A stretch of DNA of 64,000 nucleotides from Thermofilaceae archaeon (GTDB lineage Archaea; Thermoproteota; Thermoprotei; Thermofilales; Thermofilaceae). The translations under genes and the position numbers were made by a program. Below are positions 8,980-18,097 of the stretch, one piece after another (position 1 is the stretch's first letter; every line of letters starts with the position of its first letter). The notes under the pieces were generated by a model. The model worked only from the letters and a program-made list of their open reading frames with translations. It was not told the DNA's origin and searched no databases. The stretch is taken from assembly GCA_026986905.1 (NCBI GenBank), contig JALSNQ010000006.1, positions 23,634 to 87,633 on the forward strand. The letters are read 5' to 3'.

Positions 8980-9778
8980 ACTCCTTCACCCGGTTATCTA
9001 CCGTCTTCAAAACAAGCTGCCAGCTTTCAATAGCCGCGAAAACCACGTCCCTACGCCTACCCCCTGTCACATCAAGGTAGTCGTCGACCGTATCCACCTC
9101 CGTCCAAGGGATCCCCGTCACATCGGCCACACGCACCCTGTACCCCATCCGGATAGCGAGGTTTATGACGTCGCTTATTCCAAAAGCTTCTTTATCGAGT
9201 GCTAGCAGCCTCGCAGCCTCGAATATTTCTCTTCTCATCACAAAGACCCCTGTATCCACATGGCTCCAGGGGCTGAGCCTTTTACCCACTTTTACCACCT
9301 CCCCCTCCCGTGCCCTTATCCTCGTCGCTTCCTCCACGTCGACATAGAGAGGCCTACGGTCGCCTCCAACAACGGCTACCGAGTCTGAATGCTTAGAGTA
9401 CTCGAGGAGCACTTTTACTGGCAAATCACTAGGATAAATGTGATCGCTCATAGAAAGCAGGAAGGAGTCGCCATCTAGGCATTTCTCCGAAACCAGTAGG
9501 GAGAAACCGTTCTCCCTACGCCATTCATTGTTTACGCATATCTCGTAGCTGACAACGTCGCCCAGCCCGCGCAAAACCCTCTGTAGTAGTGGGATCAACT
9601 GGCCACGCGTAACTACTACAATTTTCTTTACCCCAACACTGGCTAGGCTGAGTATAGGATAATGGATAAGCGGTCTACCAGCTACATTTACCGCAAACTT
9701 AGCGCCGCGCGCTATCTCACCGAGCCTCGACCCTACACCTGCGGCTAATATTACACCCTCCCTTATCACGTCTCTCAC
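8957..9778 (-). CDS. sugar-phosphate nucleotidyltransferase, probable inositol-1-phosphate cytidylyltransferase (IPCT)
   Basis: N-terminal ILAAGVGSRLG nucleotidyltransferase motif. Translationally coupled to the CDP-alcohol transferase gene. Confidence 0.65.
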   Translation of the reverse strand: MRDVIREGVILAAGVGSRLGEIARGAKFAVNVAGRPLIHYPILSLASVGVKKIVVVTRGQLIPLLQRVLRGLGDVVSYEICVNNEWRRENGFSLLVSEKCLDGDSFLLSMSDHIYPSDLPVKVLLEYSKHSDSVAVVGGDRRPLYVDVEEATRIRAREGEVVKVGKRLSPWSHVDTGVFVMRREIFEAARLLALDKEAFGISDVINLAIRMGYRVRVADVTGIPWTEVDTVDDYLDVTGGRRRDVVFAAIESWQLVLKTVDNRVKEYGVGEKY

Positions 9779-9925
9779 CCCCTACCGGATAGCATGAAAG
9801 GAGATAGTAGGGAGTAGCGTGTATAGGAGGAGTAAGCCCCAGAGTAGCTAGGGCTTCACGAGATATTATTCCAGGAGTGGTTTATAATTATTTCTTTGAT
9901 AAAATTTCATATAAAAAATATATTT

Positions 9926-10537
9926 TTACCAATAAGGATAGCTACCCTTAGGTATCTGCTCACCCACGCGTCCCGCGATCTTTATGCTAGGCTTTATAGT
10001 GGGCTTACCAGGCTCCCACTGCGCAGGAGTTACCTCGTCGGGGTGTTCACGTATGTACTGGAGCGCTTTGATTTGCCTTAAGAGCTCGTTCACATTCCTA
10101 CCCATGTTAAGCGTCACTACCTCGTAGGCCTGTATAACGCCGTCGGGGTCTATTATAAAGCGGCCGCGGAAGGCGACGCCCTCATCCTCCTTGTAAACGC
10201 CGTATGCGCGGGCAACCTTCCCTGTGGGATCGGAGCCCATGAGGTGCTTAACGCGGCCCTTGAGTAGGGGCTCCTGCTCAACCCAGCCCTTGTGGTCGAA
10301 GACCGTGTCCGTGCTTATGCTAAGTACCTCGACTCCCAGTTTCTTCAGCTCGTCGTAAACGTTGTTCATTGCGGCCAGCTCAGTTGCGCATACGAACGTG
10401 AAGTCGGCGGGGTAGAAGCAGAGTACAAGCCACTTGCCCTTAAAGTCCTCTAGCTTAACCTTCTTTATCTCGCCGTTAGTTGGGTCATATGCGTCGATTT
10501 CGAACTCAGGCGCCTTTACGCCTGGCTGCAGGACCAT
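9926..10537 (-). CDS. peroxiredoxin (AhpC/TSA, 2-Cys type)
   Basis: Peroxidatic Cys motif FYPADFTFVCATE. 203 aa. Confidence 0.9.
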   Translation of the reverse strand: MVLQPGVKAPEFEIDAYDPTNGEIKKVKLEDFKGKWLVLCFYPADFTFVCATELAAMNNVYDELKKLGVEVLSISTDTVFDHKGWVEQEPLLKGRVKHLMGSDPTGKVARAYGVYKEDEGVAFRGRFIIDPDGVIQAYEVVTLNMGRNVNELLRQIKALQYIREHPDEVTPAQWEPGKPTIKPSIKIAGRVGEQIPKGSYPYW

Positions 10538-10579
10538 GCTGTCTCACCGATACTTTATTATAGAAGGGTATTTCTTAAC

Positions 10580-10595
10580 CTTTTCGTTAGAAAAG
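10580..10595. promoter_or_regulatory. palindrome CTTTTC-GTTA-GAAAAG flanked by TTAAC direct repeats in a divergent promoter region
   Basis: Seen in the sequence between the peroxiredoxin (-) and the ComA-like gene (+). Confidence 0.3.
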
Positions 10596-10696
10596 TTAAC
10601 CGATATATTTGGCGCAACTAATCTCGGTGTAACTCTATCAGGATAACCCCGTAACGTTTTAAACACTATCTGTAGAAAATATGAGGTAGAGGGCTG

Positions 10697-11671
10697 ATGT
10701 ATTTTACAGGGATGCTAGAGATTCTAGGTGTACCGAAGCGTCCTGCAAAGCCCCGTGAAAAAGGAATAACTATGGTACTCGACAAGCTAGTCCCAATAGA
10801 TAGAGATTACCTGGAGGAGGCGGCCCATTATATAGACGTTGTAAAGATAGGGTGGACCCTAAGCTCTACGGTATCTAGAAGCTATCTTGAGAAAAGGATC
10901 CGCTTATACAAGGAGCTTGGGATAGAAGTTTCCAGCGGGGGCACAATACTTGAGCTCGCGTATGCGAAAAAGAATGTAGACAGGCTTCTTTCCCTCTTAA
11001 AGGAACTTGGCTTCGACATTGTCGAGGTAAGCAACGGTATACTCAATCTCATGCCGGAGGAGAAGCGTCTTCTCATTAAGAAGGCAAGGCTTGCAGGATT
11101 TAAGGTGGTGGCGGAGGTAGGGAAGAAGAATCCCTCTTATAGGATGGGGGTGGAGGAGGCTATAGCGGAGGCTAAGCGAGACTTATCAGCTGGTGCATGG
11201 AAGGTTATAGTTGAAGGCAGGGAGATGGGTAAGGCTACATGCATCTTCGACGAAGAAGGAGAAATCCTGTGGGAGAGGGTGAACTCTTTCCTCAGCCAGC
11301 TGCCTGGTGAAGCGTTGGTGTTCGAGGCGCCTCGCCAGGAGCAGCAGATAGAGCTGATCCTTAATATCGGGCCGGAGGTCAACCTGGCTAACGTCGACGT
11401 CAATGATGTGCTTCCCCTGGAGACGCTCAGGCTAGGCATAAGGGGTGACACGTATCTTTTGGGGCGTGAAAGGCCATTAGACGTCTCCCCTTCTGCCCGT
11501 TTCGTGTACTATGTTCTCAGGGAAAGGGGGCCGTTGACGATTAGGGAGTTACAGGAGCATACCGGGCTAAGCAGGAGGACTATTCACAACGTTTTACGAG
11601 AGCTGAGGAGTGTAAACGCGGTGAAGACATACGGCAATAGGGGTAGAGAAAAGCTTTGGGGAATAACGTGA
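10697..11671 (+). CDS. phosphosulfolactate synthase (ComA) family protein with C-terminal winged-helix domain
   Basis: Residues 20-255 run colinear with the ComA family, as I recall the Methanocaldococcus ComA sequence: GWT/GWG, GGT, EVSNG/EISDG, EVGKK, IVEGRE, FEAP, NLANV, LETLRLGIRGDTY. An extra 65 aa tail (RFVYYVLRERGPLTIRELQEHTGLSRRTIHNVLRELR) looks like a wHTH. Confidence 0.8.
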   Translation: MYFTGMLEILGVPKRPAKPREKGITMVLDKLVPIDRDYLEEAAHYIDVVKIGWTLSSTVSRSYLEKRIRLYKELGIEVSSGGTILELAYAKKNVDRLLSLLKELGFDIVEVSNGILNLMPEEKRLLIKKARLAGFKVVAEVGKKNPSYRMGVEEAIAEAKRDLSAGAWKVIVEGREMGKATCIFDEEGEILWERVNSFLSQLPGEALVFEAPRQEQQIELILNIGPEVNLANVDVNDVLPLETLRLGIRGDTYLLGRERPLDVSPSARFVYYVLRERGPLTIRELQEHTGLSRRTIHNVLRELRSVNAVKTYGNRGREKLWGIT

Positions 11672-11677
11672 TAGCCT

Positions 11678-12226
11678 TCACCCAAGCTTGTTGGCGAGAT
11701 ATAGCCGTCTCACCTCGTTGCTTGCGCCGCCAAAACCTAGTGCGACAAGCAGTAAGCCTCCCAAGACGAAGAGAGGATACCTAGTTATGAGGGCTAGTGA
11801 TCCTAAAACTGCGAGCCCGCCGTACTTGTCCAGCATTTCTCTCATGCCAAGCTTTACCGCTAGGCTGTGTAGATAGAGTCCCATTGTTACGAGGACTATA
11901 AGTTTTCCTGTGACTCCTAGGAATTCTCTAAGGGAGAATGGGGGCAGAAGGTAGGGTGCCGCCTCTAAGATTATGCCAGTGGCTAAAAGAACTGTTGCAA
12001 ACCTCTCTCTCCTCCCATTAACTCTAGCAAGCGTGTAGGCCGCGAAGACCACGGTTACCAGAAAATACCCCTCTGCTGCTATCATGAGTACGATGCTTCC
12101 AAGGGCGTATGAGAGCAGGGCTATCGGCGGATAGAGAGCCAGTAAGCCTAGAGCGTCGGCTAGACGCTTGTAGAATGTGAGCTCTTCCTGAGGCACTCTG
12201 GGGTATACTCTTAGGGGCTTTACCAT
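11678..12226 (-). CDS. integral membrane protein (unknown function)
   Basis: 182 aa, with 5-6 hydrophobic spans. Confidence 0.5.
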   Translation of the reverse strand: MVKPLRVYPRVPQEELTFYKRLADALGLLALYPPIALLSYALGSIVLMIAAEGYFLVTVVFAAYTLARVNGRRERFATVLLATGIILEAAPYLLPPFSLREFLGVTGKLIVLVTMGLYLHSLAVKLGMREMLDKYGGLAVLGSLALITRYPLFVLGGLLLVALGFGGASNEVRRLYLANKLG

Positions 12227-12323
12227 TACTCCACACCACCCGGTTAATCAGTAGCTTAGAAGAGCTGTAACGATAAAAATAAGTTAATTTGGATTTAAAA
12301 ACAGTTCATCGCTAAAAATTAAC

Positions 12324-13952
12324 TTATTTTACCGCCTTTTCTACAAGCTCCTTCTCGAGCTTATCAGTCTCGGCTAGGAACTCTGGGTCTTCCTTCTCCA
12401 GCTTTTCAAGCCTCTCAAGGTACAGCTCTTCGCTGCTCTTTGTGAGCAGGTCCTTCACGGTCACGCCGAGGTTCTTGGCACCCAGCTTCAGCGCCCACAC
12501 GAGCAGGGCGGCCCACATGAGTAGGTAGAGCAGCCATACTATTATCTCGCCAGTCCTGTCGAGCGTTATAAGCGCTGGAAGGAAGGTGGTCGGCGCGTAG
12601 GGACAGCACGCCATGAGCGGGTCCCAGAATCCTCTAGCAAGCGTGTAGGGCAGGTAGCCGAGGTAGAAGAACGGCCATATGAGGAGGCCTGTGATGTAGA
12701 GCAGCCCCGTTCTCCCGTAGTTTCTGAACTCGCAGCCAAGCATGAAGACTGTGCCGAGTCCGAGCAGGAAGCCTCCGAACAAGTCCATTGGGAGCGTTGT
12801 CTGAACCCTTATGGTCTTCATGGAGATGCCTGTGTGATGGAACTCGAGGCCCGTGGACTTTGCGAATGCCTCTGCGAACTGGGCTGTAGCCCAGTGGTGG
12901 CCGTCGAGGATTCCGAATAAGGCGAAGCCTAGGAAGAAGGCCGTGCTGGCGATGAGTATATGGACGGCATATGCCGTGAAGGGCCCCATGGACTTGAAGA
13001 CGACCCTTATTGAGTAGGGGAGCTTCCACTTCCTGCCGTACTCGAGCTCCTTCTTCTTGTCTGACATTAGCTGACCCATCTCGAAGTCTATTATAGCGCA
13101 CTCGGTACCGAAGCCGGTCTTGGCTACCGCTAGGCCTAGGAGGCCGCCTACTATCAGCATCAGTATAATGTTCGGCAGGTTGGAGGCCGTGAGCATGTGC
13201 TTGTATATCAGAGTTTTCTCAAAGGGTATGCCGAACACCTTGACCGCGTAGGTGTTGCCGAAGAAGGCCATGTAGAGTATGACTATCGCGAAGATTATCC
13301 AGAAGGCGTAGAGTGCCAGCCTTATCCAGTCCTTGTTGGGGTCATAGTCCTCCCTAAGGGTTAGGCCGTCAGCCCATCCCTTGCTTTTAGCGTACTCCAC
13401 GTACCACTTTGTTTCCTGGCTCTTGAAGTATTGGGAAAGGTTTAGCCTGGAGAGCACCCACAGCCCTATCAGTGCACCTACAGTCGCGGATAGCATGACC
13501 ACGTAGCTCTTCACGTTCATTGCCGCCCAGCCTCCCAGGAGGTGGTGTAGTGTACAGCCGCCAGCGACCCTGGTGCCCCAGGCGAAGAAGAATGCGCCCA
13601 GCGCGACGAAGGCGAGGAACTTCTTGGGATAGTATGCCCACGTCCTAAGCTCGCCCTCGAGCCAGGCGAAGATTAGGCCGGAGAGGAGCGCGCCGAGTAT
13701 TATCCACTGTATGTCGGGCTGGTAGTCGGGCCTGGTGGCTATGAGGCTTGTCCCCGTGAGGAGCGACTCCATGCCGGCGAGCATCCTCGACATTCCGGTG
13801 GTTACTCCGATGAACTTGTGCTTGGGGTGTCCGAGGGGGATTAGCCAGAAGTTTATCGCCTCTGCTAGGCCGGTGAAGAGGCCCGCTGTCCACCATGGCC
13901 ACTGTCGCTTTATGAAGCTCTTAGGGGCTTCGGGCTTTGACAATGTTTTCAC
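12324..13952 (-). CDS. YeeE/YedE-family sulfur-compound (thiosulfate-type) transporter-like membrane protein
   Basis: Polytopic, with the repeated Cys motifs typical of the family (AGGCTLHHLLGG, LGCEFRNYGRTG). Charged coiled C-terminal tail. Confidence 0.65.
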   Translation of the reverse strand: MKTLSKPEAPKSFIKRQWPWWTAGLFTGLAEAINFWLIPLGHPKHKFIGVTTGMSRMLAGMESLLTGTSLIATRPDYQPDIQWIILGALLSGLIFAWLEGELRTWAYYPKKFLAFVALGAFFFAWGTRVAGGCTLHHLLGGWAAMNVKSYVVMLSATVGALIGLWVLSRLNLSQYFKSQETKWYVEYAKSKGWADGLTLREDYDPNKDWIRLALYAFWIIFAIVILYMAFFGNTYAVKVFGIPFEKTLIYKHMLTASNLPNIILMLIVGGLLGLAVAKTGFGTECAIIDFEMGQLMSDKKKELEYGRKWKLPYSIRVVFKSMGPFTAYAVHILIASTAFFLGFALFGILDGHHWATAQFAEAFAKSTGLEFHHTGISMKTIRVQTTLPMDLFGGFLLGLGTVFMLGCEFRNYGRTGLLYITGLLIWPFFYLGYLPYTLARGFWDPLMACCPYAPTTFLPALITLDRTGEIIVWLLYLLMWAALLVWALKLGAKNLGVTVKDLLTKSSEELYLERLEKLEKEDPEFLAETDKLEKELVEKAVK

Positions 13953-14099
13953 CGACTATTGTTAACATAGGTGTTGTTATTTTAACAATTTTAAGTGAGA
14001 TGTTCACATAATTATTAATCGAAGGGGAATATTCTACATTATAAATGTGAATTATTAGTGCAGATTTTGCATACAAGGATGCTAGTAATAGTTATGATA

Positions 14100-14131
14100 T
14101 ATACATGATCAGAAAATAATTTATACATGAT
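14100..14131. repeat. two copies of TATACATGAT spaced 22 bp in an AT-rich divergent promoter region
   Basis: Copies at 14100-14109 and 14122-14131. An additional inverted repeat, ATTGTTAA/TTAACAAT, is at 13958-13965 and 13982-13989. Confidence 0.35.
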
Positions 14132-14162
14132 ACTTTACTAGCCGTACACCAATAATATATCT

Positions 14163-14972
14163 ATGGCCGCGCCAAGCCCTCATAGAGCCATGCACTGCCG
14201 GCTAGCAGTAATTAAAAACATTCAGAGAAGCCCCACCTTAGTGCATGGGATCATCGACGCCCTTAAATCCGCAGCTGAAAACGACCCCTACGCCAGGCCC
14301 CTGGGGTTCACTAAGCACGCGGATGGCTGGGGTTTTGTTGCCGCTGACAGGGAGAAGGGAAGCCTGCACTTCTATAAGACCTCAAAGCCCATATGGCTCG
14401 ACGAGACCTCACCGGGCACGGAATATTTCCTCTACATAGTTCATGCACGTAAAGCCTCCACCGGCATGCCGTTAGGAGTGCAGGCCGCGCATCCATACGT
14501 CGTCGGGGTAGGAGACGGCTCCCTTCTCGCCGTGGCGCAGAACGGCGGCGTAAAGGCCCATATTGTTTCAAGCATTTTAGACGACATGGGGGTTGCTCAC
14601 CCAAGGGCGGGAAGGGTCACCGACACATATCTATACGCAGTGGCGCTGGCGAGCATGCTGTCAAGCTCTGATTCACTCTCCCAGGCGATAGATCGCCTCG
14701 ACCGGATGCTGGAAGAGAAGGGAGCTACTGGGCGCTGTATGAACACGGCCGCGCTGATCATTTCCCCCGGCGATGAGATGGAACTTGCAGTTACGCGGAG
14801 AATATATTCCGACGACAGCAGGCTAGTCGACTACTGTGAACTCTTCGCCGTAGAGGGGGAAGGGGTAGAAGCCGTGGTCTCGAGCACGGTGGTGCGATAC
14901 CTGGAAGAAATAGACCCAAGTATAGACGTCGCGCCTTTATCAGAGAATACAGTTTTCACTCTTTACCCCTAG
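14163..14972 (+). CDS. class II glutamine amidotransferase-like (Ntn hydrolase fold) protein
   Basis: HARKASTG...AAHPY resembles the GATase-2/YafJ-type core. The expected N-terminal Cys sits in the context M-H-C-R-L (Met at 14190), so the start and the activity are both uncertain. Confidence 0.45.
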   Translation: MAAPSPHRAMHCRLAVIKNIQRSPTLVHGIIDALKSAAENDPYARPLGFTKHADGWGFVAADREKGSLHFYKTSKPIWLDETSPGTEYFLYIVHARKASTGMPLGVQAAHPYVVGVGDGSLLAVAQNGGVKAHIVSSILDDMGVAHPRAGRVTDTYLYAVALASMLSSSDSLSQAIDRLDRMLEEKGATGRCMNTAALIISPGDEMELAVTRRIYSDDSRLVDYCELFAVEGEGVEAVVSSTVVRYLEEIDPSIDVAPLSENTVFTLYP

Positions 14973-15999
14973 CTATACCTACAAGTGCTGAAAGCGAGGC
15001 AACTACGCCGGGTGCGGCGAGGGCTGCTGGTAGCGACGTGTGGGACATGGGTGCGCCTATTAGGGGGCCTATAGCGTAGCCGAGGCCTATCGAGGCTTCG
15101 AAAATGCCCGTATATCCGCTGCCCCGGTCGAAGACCTCTCCCAGCGCCTTGGTATACACCACGGCTTCTCCGAAACCTGTTAAGGCGCCTAGCAACGCTA
15201 CCGTGTAGGGGTCGAGAATATATGGTACAAGTATACCTGAGGCCAGCAGGAGCGGCGACAAGTGTACCGCCTCCTCCTCTACCCTCTTTAACCTGCTGAG
15301 GGTTAGGAAGGCAAGTGTGCGGCTCCATATTATGGAGGAGAAGAGGAGTGAAACATACGCTGGCGGCGCGGAGATGGCCTCAACAAATACGGGATAGTAT
15401 ACTAGAAAGCCGCCTAGAGACGTCGAATAAGCGAATGCTAACAGCCAGGCTCTCCACAGCCCACGTACACCCGAAAACGTGGCGGGTTGCGCCTCTCCAG
15501 GGGGCACTGTGAAAAGTGTGAGAGACAAGGCGATGGCTGCTATGCCCATTGCTGCGAAGAGAAGTGCGGGGTCAACTAGCAGCGTCAGGGAGGCGGCAGT
15601 GGCGCCTACCGCGGAGCCGAGGCTCCAGGAAAAGGAGAAAGCGTGAACAGAGCTTTTCCGAGAAGCCGTACATGCCTCTATGGCCGGCCAGAAGAGCGCG
15701 AAAGACGCCATCCCTAGCAGGATAAACGTGGGAACCCCCGCCCACAGGCCTAGGCTGGAGGCCGCTAAGCCCATCATGGAAATGACCGCGGCTCCACGCT
15801 CGCTCCCTCTACCTATAACTGGGGAAGCGGCGATGGCTGTGAGCGAGTATAATATCATTGCTCCGCCACTTAACACACCTATGAGCCAGGACTCTACCCC
15901 CCTAGTAGAGGCGTAGACAGAGAAGGCTGGAAGGTAGAGCACCTGTATAATGGATGCCGAGAAACTTTCTATTAGCAGAATATACGTGTCTCTTTCCAC
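14956..15999 (-). CDS. MFS-type transporter-like membrane protein
   Basis: 347 aa, with 10 or more hydrophobic spans and Gly/Ala-rich composition. No specific motif was recognised. Confidence 0.5.
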   Translation of the reverse strand: MERDTYILLIESFSASIIQVLYLPAFSVYASTRGVESWLIGVLSGGAMILYSLTAIAASPVIGRGSERGAAVISMMGLAASSLGLWAGVPTFILLGMASFALFWPAIEACTASRKSSVHAFSFSWSLGSAVGATAASLTLLVDPALLFAAMGIAAIALSLTLFTVPPGEAQPATFSGVRGLWRAWLLAFAYSTSLGGFLVYYPVFVEAISAPPAYVSLLFSSIIWSRTLAFLTLSRLKRVEEEAVHLSPLLLASGILVPYILDPYTVALLGALTGFGEAVVYTKALGEVFDRGSGYTGIFEASIGLGYAIGPLIGAPMSHTSLPAALAAPGVVASLSALVGIARGKE

Positions 16000-17360
16000 A
16001 GCGGCGCCCAGTCTAGGCCTTACCTTTCATGTGTAAAAATGCTTTAGCCTTATTATAACTGAGGATTGAGAAGAACATGCAGACATAGGGCTGTCGATAA
16101 AGTTTTTGAATGAGTGAAACTGGGGTTCGCGATAACCCGTTAACTCGAGAAGCTCTCCATACATAGCCCGGAGGGTTTTCAGCTTGTAATGGGTAGCTTC
16201 ACGGCTGGTGTAGACCAATACTAAGAAATTTCGGAGTCGGTTTACGGGTTAAAAATATTCACAGCTTTCTTGAAATGTTCCTGTAGTCAACGTTCGCCTC
16301 TGCTCTAGGTAGCTCTCGTAGCCGCTCGGCTTCTCATGGTAGCTCTGCTCCAGCTTTTCCCCGGCTAACACCTCCTTGTCTTCTTTACGCCATAGGGAGA
16401 ATCGTTTACTGCTTGGACTCAGAACTGGACTCGGATATGGTGAACGTGGGAAGCGGGACTTTGCCATGGTGGTCATAGTGCTGCTGCTACTGGTAGTGCT
16501 GACGAACCTGCTCCAGCCCTTAGTCCTTACAACCCCGAGGAATATGGAGACGCTGCAAATATGCGTTAGATTAGGCTCTCGGAGATGCCCTAAGTCTCCC
16601 CCCTTGTGATGTCGCGGCTCTTGATGTGTGTCTCGCCCTCGGTCTGAACTAAGGTCTCTACGTAGCTCTTCGGCCCGTGTTCCACGTGACTGTAAGACAT
16701 CTCATGAATCTCTGCTCTGTTCCACGCTCTAGGCTTGTCTTGCCTCTTGTCTCCTTCCTTGTAGCGCGTAGCTCCTCATATAGCCCCATGGGATGACGCT
16801 GAAGCCTATGCCTGTCGACTCCTGGAATATTGATTACTTGCTCTGCTACTCCGTTATCCTCCTCAATAGTTGATCGGTTGCTTTGACTCCGCTAGCTCTA
16901 GCATGACAATGAAGACGAACCCTCTGCCCATTGGACAGCTGACTCCATCAGTATCTTGACGATGTATAGCCCAGTCTTGAACCCCAAAAACTATGTAGCC
17001 TATTGGATTCTTCCCCGGGCTTCAACACACTCTTGAGGGATACGCTGGGCCTGAACTCGGTAATGCGCTTCATGATCTTCTCGTTTTTCTTAACGCACGG
17101 GGTCTGTACAGCGACTGACTGTATGTGCCTTACAGCAGTCAATTAATGTCGTAAGCCCCCGTCGCGGAACTCATTCGCTCTGCCTAGGTCGTAGTCTTTA
17201 GTTACCTATCCGACGGAAGTCCTCAACGCGTAGGTCTGCTCACGCGTAACGCTACGGCCAGCCTTAAAGTTCTCTTCGCACAGTCCTCCTCCCGGCGGGA
17301 TAATGAGTACAGAGAGTACTATCAAGCGGCTGTGTTTTCCGATACACTTAAGCAAGCATA
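16000..17360. other. 1.36 kb without a credible ORF; decayed coding sequence
   Basis: Only fragments of 77 aa or fewer occur in any frame. Minus-strand reading gives runs of protein-like sequence broken by stops and frame changes. Confidence 0.5.
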
Positions 17361-17367
17361 AATAGCT

Positions 17368-17673
17368 GTGGGTTATGTGGGAATTGTGGGAATCATGGTT
17401 GAGGTTGTTGTTGTGGATGAGAAGGGTAGGGTTGTTATCCCCAGGGGGGTTAGGGAGAGGCTCGGCCTGTCTAAGGGTAGCAGGCTGCTGCTGGTAGAGC
17501 TGGGCGGGGACACAATAGTGCTCAGGAAGCTCGACGTCAAGAAAGTCCTTGAGACAATCGCCAGGGAAGTAAGGAGGAATGGGATAGATCTGGAGGAGAT
17601 AGAGCGCGAGGTGGAGGAAGAGGCTGACGAGATTGCGGCGGATAAGATCGAGGAGGTTCTTGCTGGTCACTAA
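17368..17673 (+). CDS. vapB: AbrB/SpoVT-family antitoxin (VapB-like)
   Basis: Swapped-hairpin motif VDEKGRVVIPRGVRERLGLSKGSRLLLVELGGDTIVLRKL, with an acidic C-terminus. Confidence 0.75.
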   Translation: MGYVGIVGIMVEVVVVDEKGRVVIPRGVRERLGLSKGSRLLLVELGGDTIVLRKLDVKKVLETIAREVRRNGIDLEEIEREVEEEADEIAADKIEEVLAGH

Positions 17674-18082
17674 CGTATTCATAGCAGCCTTCAAGTCTGG
17701 ATGGATCAAGACCACAGAGCTACTCCTAGAGCTACTGACAAACCCCGAGTACGAGCTAGTAGGAAACTCCGTGCTACTGGAGGAGTACAGGAGGTGGGCC
17801 CTAAAGCTAGGCATAGAGAATCCCGCGCTGTAGGAGCCAGCCACAACCCTTTACTCCCTTCTCAAGAACAGGATGAGGATCGTGGAGCCGGACAAGGAGC
17901 ACTTGGAGGCCTACAAGCCCTACTTCCCCGAGAGCGAGAAAGCGGATCTATACCACGCCGCCACTTGCCTGAAGACGGGTGCCCCCCTCATATCTAACGA
18001 CAGGCACTTTGACGAGATAGGGCGGTCCAAGCTAATCAGAGTGTTGAAGACAAGCGAGGCCATAAAGGAAATTATAGGCTGA
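17633..18082 (+). pseudogene. vapC: PIN-domain toxin (VapC-like) inactivated by an in-frame TAG and loss of the first catalytic Asp
   Basis: ORFs 17633-17833 and 17873-18082 are in the same frame, separated by TAG at 17831. The N-terminal motif reads LLVTNVFIAAF instead of LLDTNVFI (GTC where GAC is expected). The C-terminal ISNDRHFDEI is PIN-like. Confidence 0.7.
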
Positions 18083-18097
18083 GTCTCGCTTTATATA

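Noticed and set aside
12415-13902. Several 64-155 aa ORFs in alternative frames inside the YeeE/YedE gene, and similar nested ORFs inside srp54, infB, the Nop5 gene and others.
   Set aside because: They are nested within longer ORFs that have recognisable motifs. They are Arg/Pro/Gly-rich shadow frames typical of GC-rich coding DNA.
16606-16647. Possible C/D box sRNA (GUGAUGU ... UUGAUGU ... CUGA) in the decayed region.
   Set aside because: There is no D' box, the box spacing is 31 nt where about 38-43 is expected, and the terminal stem is poor. The boxes are likely fortuitous.
17206-17844. 212-aa ORF antisense to the VapB/VapC locus.
   Set aside because: It is Ser/Leu/Pro-rich and low in complexity, and lies fully antisense to a recognisable AbrB-type gene.
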